In this document: positions 59,490-64,000 of the stretch, piece by piece
How positions within the stretch are numbered: the stretch's first letter is position 1
Layout: each line of letters opens with the position of its first letter
Source of the DNA: Octopus vulgaris
Taxonomy: Eukaryota
NCBI GenBank assembly: GCA_951406725.2
Contig: OX597816.1
Span: forward strand, 163,742,001-163,806,000
DNA length: 64,000 bases
Reading direction: 5' to 3'
The notes under the pieces: model-generated
The model's input: the letters and a program-made list of their open reading frames with translations, nothing else
What the model was told of the DNA's origin: nothing
Databases searched by the model: none
Position numbers and translations under genes: made by a program

Positions 59490-61365
59490 TACTTGACCTC
59501 ACAAAAAAATGGAGCAAATACTCTCCCCAACCAAGAATGATAACATGTTAGAAGACCTCTGTTTCGCCGGCAATGTAGGTCTTATGCACAACGTGAAGAT
59601 AACTTTGACAAACTTTTCAGACCGCAACATGGTAAAATTGACGATGCATTGTCCAAAACGAATTACTGATGTATTCCACGCAGACGGCACCCAAACTTTA
59701 TCTTATCTAAACTTCTACAAGGCTGACTGGAAGTCAATTGAAAAAAGGGATTATCCAGCAAAATTGGCCTTTAAGTCTCTCTATGAAAGACATTAATAAC
59801 AATCTTAAAGAATTCATGTCAATAATGCGAACCATATGCATTAAATTTGTCCCAGAGAAGAGGGCAGCCACATACAAAAATATCATTCCACGAGACGAGT
59901 GAGTCCTTATGAGACAGAGAAAAATGTCTCCTATCACTTAAATAAACAATTTATTGACAGCGAAAAATCCCTCCCCAAAGAGAGACATTTTGGGATCGAA
60001 AATAAACTCAGTTTAACATGAATAGGAAAAGGTAGAAACACAAACCAGGGCGGTGGGAAATATAAAAATAAACCTCAAAGCCATCTACAAATTCGCAAAA
60101 GAATGCACTGCAAGATAGGACCTCTGTTTGAAGAAGACGGCTCGCTAACTGCAGACCCCAAAAGGATATGTGAAGTAGTAAGTAATCAATTCCAGAGTGT
60201 CTTCACCCCCTCCACTGGGTAACCGGCACTTCAGACCTACATGGAAAAAAGGTAACTATTAATTGTATCAAGGCAACGGGTGGAATCGATTTCCGTCTGT
60301 TCTCCTAAACACATGCAAGGAAGCTTTCGCAAAACTATTGCAGATACTTTTTCGAAGTTTCCTTGCATGTGAACAACTTCCCAGACTGTTTTAAAAGATG
60401 GTATCATATACCTTGTCCATAAAGGAGGAAGTAGAGCAGATGCTAAAAATCATAGGCCTATCTCTCTGACTACACATGTCAGCAAGGTCATGTAACGCAT
60501 TGTCAGAATAAGACTGATCACGTATCTGGAAGAGAATAACTCGCTCACAAACACACAACACGTTTTCCGCTCAACACGTTTTCTGAAGCAGCAACTCAAC
60601 CTCTCCAATATGGATGTGATATATCTCGACTTTGCCAAAGCCTTTGACAAAGTTGTTCATGGGACGATATGTCACAAACTACGCGACCTTGGTATCACTG
60701 GATAACTGAGAGACTGGCTGCACGACTTTGTAAAGGACAGAAGTCAGGCAGTTGCAGCCAATGGTGTTCTCTCGGGGAAGACATCAGTCCACAGCGGACT
60801 TCCTCAGAGAACTGTACTGGGACCACTACTGTTTGCGGTGGCTCTCTCAGACGTGCCCTCAGTCGTACAGTCAGCCACTCTCACCAGCTACTCTGACGAT
60901 ACAAAATGATCTGTATACAGTATACAAATGGGCTGATGAAAATAACAAGCAGTTCAATGCTGGTAAGTTTCACGCACTTCGCTATTGGCCCACAATCGGA
61001 ATACATAGAACCAAGGGCAATGTAATCCCAGAGTTAGGATCGGTGCGTGACCTGGGAATCCACATGAGTAGTGATGCAACATTCCATGTGCATATTGCCA
61101 GGATGGTAACACTGTGCAGGTGAGTAGCTGCATGGATCCTTAGACCATTCAGAACCAGAAATCAAGATGTCTTGCTACTCCTATGGAGGACATTTATCCT
61201 CAGTCGTCAGGATTACTACTCCCAGCTGTGGTCACCGCAGAGCATCAGTTCCGAGCAGAACTTGAGGCAATGCAACGCCTCTACACAAAGAAGATTGACA
61301 CAGTGAACCACATGAGCTACTGGGAGAGGTTACAAGAACTGAAGCTCTACTCACAGGAAAGGAAG
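59490..61365 (+). pseudogene. Decayed CR1-group LINE ORF2 (endonuclease end plus RT)
   Basis: SD-N motif, NHRPISLTTHVSKV, DVIYLDFAKAFDKV, GLPQRTVLGPLLF, SYSDDT, VRDLGIHM, SYWERLQELKLYS; stops and frameshifts. Confidence 0.88.
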
Positions 61366-61523
61366 ACGAGAAACCACCATGCTGAAAATAGCAGCCATGA
61401 ACCGACTCTAAAACCACCTTAAGTTTTCATACAGCAGCATGGAGAAAAGACAAAGAGACAAGATGAAACTAGTAAAAAAATTACTGGATAATTCTAGATC
61501 CAGTAGAATTATCTATTACTTCC

Positions 61524-61568
<45 letters not shown>

Positions 61569-61710
61569 GGTGGTGGTGGTGGTGGTGGTGGTGGTGGTGG
61601 TGGTGGATGGTGGTGGTAGTGGTGGTGGTGGTGGTGGTGGTGGTGGTGGTGGTGGTGGTGGTGGTGGTGGTGATAGTAGTAGTAGTAGTAGTAGTAGTAA
61701 CAGCAGCAGC

Positions 61711-61776
<66 letters not shown>

Positions 61777-61794
61777 TGTAGTAGTAGTAAAAAC

Positions 61795-61835
<41 letters not shown>

Positions 61836-61836
61836 C

Positions 61837-61871
<35 letters not shown>

Positions 61872-61900
61872 TAGTAGAGGCAGCAGCAACAGTAACAGTA
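61524..61900. repeat. (AGT)n/(GGT)n trinucleotide array
   Basis: Direct inspection. Confidence 0.95.
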
Positions 61901-61979
61901 GCCGCACCGCAGTTAGAGCGACCGAAAAAGCCTTTAATACCAGTATGGTACAACTTAACGATGTTTCCTCTAAAGATTT

Positions 61980-62175
61980 CTGCCAATTTGGCCTCTGTCC
62001 AATCAGTTTGCAGTAATTTTTCTGAAGACTCCACTTTACCATCGTAATTTATGGTTTCTCCGACTGGAATCTGCAGAGGATGAAAGAAAGAAAGAAATCA
62101 TTTTTGAATAAAAATATAAATAGTGCCAGAAAGAAGCACATAAAAGGCGGGAAATAGATCATAATTCACATTCAC
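61980..62175 (+). promoter_or_regulatory. Possible Pol II promoter
   Basis: CCAAT at 61983 and 61999, TTTGAA at 62103, TATAAATA at 62115, GGCGGGAAA at 62146; motif evidence only. Confidence 0.25.
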
Positions 62176-62203
62176 TCTCTGATATGTGGGCTCCCTTTAT
62201 GTG

Positions 62204-62254
<51 letters not shown>

Positions 62255-62269
62255 GTGTGTCTGTATATT

Positions 62270-62317
<48 letters not shown>

Positions 62318-62393
62318 TTTTTATCCCTGTATACATATACATAAATTACATATATATATATATACTTACACACGCACATATACATATATATAT

Positions 62394-62436
<43 letters not shown>

Positions 62437-62508
62437 CATACATACATGCATACATACATACATACATACATACATACATACATACATACATAGAATAGAG
62501 AGAATAGA

Positions 62509-62550
<42 letters not shown>

Positions 62551-62551
62551 T

Positions 62552-62683
<132 letters not shown>

Positions 62684-62735
62684 AGGGAAAGTGTGAGAGA
62701 GAGAGGTTGATATATATATATATATAACTTCGCAG

Positions 62736-62950
62736 AACTTTCTATTGGTGTATTTCGGTTCCAGTCTTCGGACGATAGTGAAGAAAAAAGCAAGAAATAT
62801 CGCAAGTACCACCCTAGGGCCTAGACTTCCACCAACGACACCACACTTGCGTCTTTCCAAACAACACATTGGACGATGCCAAACAACACATTGGACGATA
62901 CATTATATCAAAATAGACTGGATGGCTACGAGTGGATTTCCATTACCCAT
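62736..62950 (+). other. Putative exon (UTR, lncRNA or micro-ORF)
   Basis: Unique sequence ending in CAT|GTAAGT donor at 62951; AG acceptor at 62735 or 62764. Confidence 0.4.
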
Positions 62951-63166
62951 GTAAGTGATCACAGGTTATATATGTACATATGTGTGCAAGAGAGAGAGAG
63001 GGAGATGGAGAGAAAGAGAAAGCTTTTGTGTGTGTGTGAGTATGTGTATCTTTGTGTGTGTGCGTGTGTGTGTGTGTATTTGCGTACATATGTGTCATTT
63101 AATGCCCGTCTATGTTCAGGCTTTATCTTACTTTAGATATTTTTGTATTTTGTTTTTTCTTTACAG

Positions 63167-64000
63167 TTTGGAACCGTAAAGTATCTAAATCTATATTCGA
63201 TGTTTCCAGTATTTCACAGTCTAATTTCCAAGATGTGGATACATATATCGTCTGTATATTAATTGAATCCATGAAGATTTTACAGCCAGAGATTTGTATG
63301 GTATTGTGTTTTGCGATTGCTCCTTGTTGTAATCTCCTTTGAGAGAGTGTTCTACTATGTTCAATGTGACAGTTGGAGTCCTGAGGTTTACAACTTTCAG
63401 TTTTACAATTAAATTTGTAGTTTCTTCTCGGGTTCACATGTATAACAAATTTGATAGAGTTGCAGCCTTCAAATCTAATATTCGTCTTTCGAAGCCTGCA
63501 CTACGATTTGTTTGTGGAACTTCCCATCAATAGACCAAACTAAGTTTCTCTCATCCAACTTTTAGGGTTCTGTCTTGCTTCCATCTTCTGATTTTTGCCC
63601 GGGATAAAAGAAATATCAATCATTGTCGGGCTCAGCTTCATGAAAAACGTCATTTAGAATAACTGCTGACTTTTTATAAAAAAATATTTGTCAATTAAGA
63701 TGACAGCTCTTATGAAACTAGTCGTCATTTTCTTAAACAGTCGTCTCAGACGAAGAAAGGCAAACCATATTTGACAAATATTTTCTATAAAACACTGCAA
63801 CTGACTGCATTAAAAGCTTTTCCTTATAAGATCAACAATAATTGAGTAGAAGACCTCACTGTACTCTATACACTTCTCATGGCCTATCTTACATCTATAA
63901 AAAACAAGTTAGCTTTTTAATGTCTTACCAACATATTTCAGCTGGAATCGAATCTACTTGGTACCTTATTAAAGGACAGTGACCTTACAGTATCATAGGT
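63167..64000 (+). other. Putative downstream exon, 3' end undefined
   Basis: Strong polypyrimidine acceptor TTTTGTTTTTTCTTTACAG| at 63166, followed by >800 bp free of microsatellites; no long ORF. Confidence 0.4.

Noticed and set aside
61509-62047. Poly-S/G/V/T/L ORFs
   Set aside because: Trinucleotide repeat, open in most frames
63123-63533. 104 aa minus and 64-76 aa plus ORFs as genes
   Set aside because: No recognisable domain; short; splice signals favour a plus-strand non-coding or UTR exon

Overview
Eukaryotic, AT-rich, microsatellite-saturated intergenic/intronic DNA. The SINE families and (TA)/(TG)/(TATG)/(GATA) density suggest a coleoid cephalopod (Octopus-like); this is an inference, not a database result. 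No intact protein-coding gene is supported, and almost all long ORFs in the track are microsatellite artefacts. Supported content: many tRNA-derived SINEs (about 4 families), three decayed CR1-group LINE ORF2 fragments, HERO-like and R4/Dong-like endonuclease remnants, two non-autonomous Helitrons, MITE-like fold-backs, and a possible pair of spliced exons near 62.7-63.3 kb. The most notable signal is several families of roughly 120-430 bp elements inserted in (TA)n tracts that carry minimal type-I hammerhead ribozyme folds (Penelope-like-element or retrozyme type). They have family-specific non-canonical cores (A6U, U4C, U3-A8 covariation), shared termini, and often a palindromic two-ribozyme architecture. 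All folds were identified by eye, and repeat boundaries are approximate.
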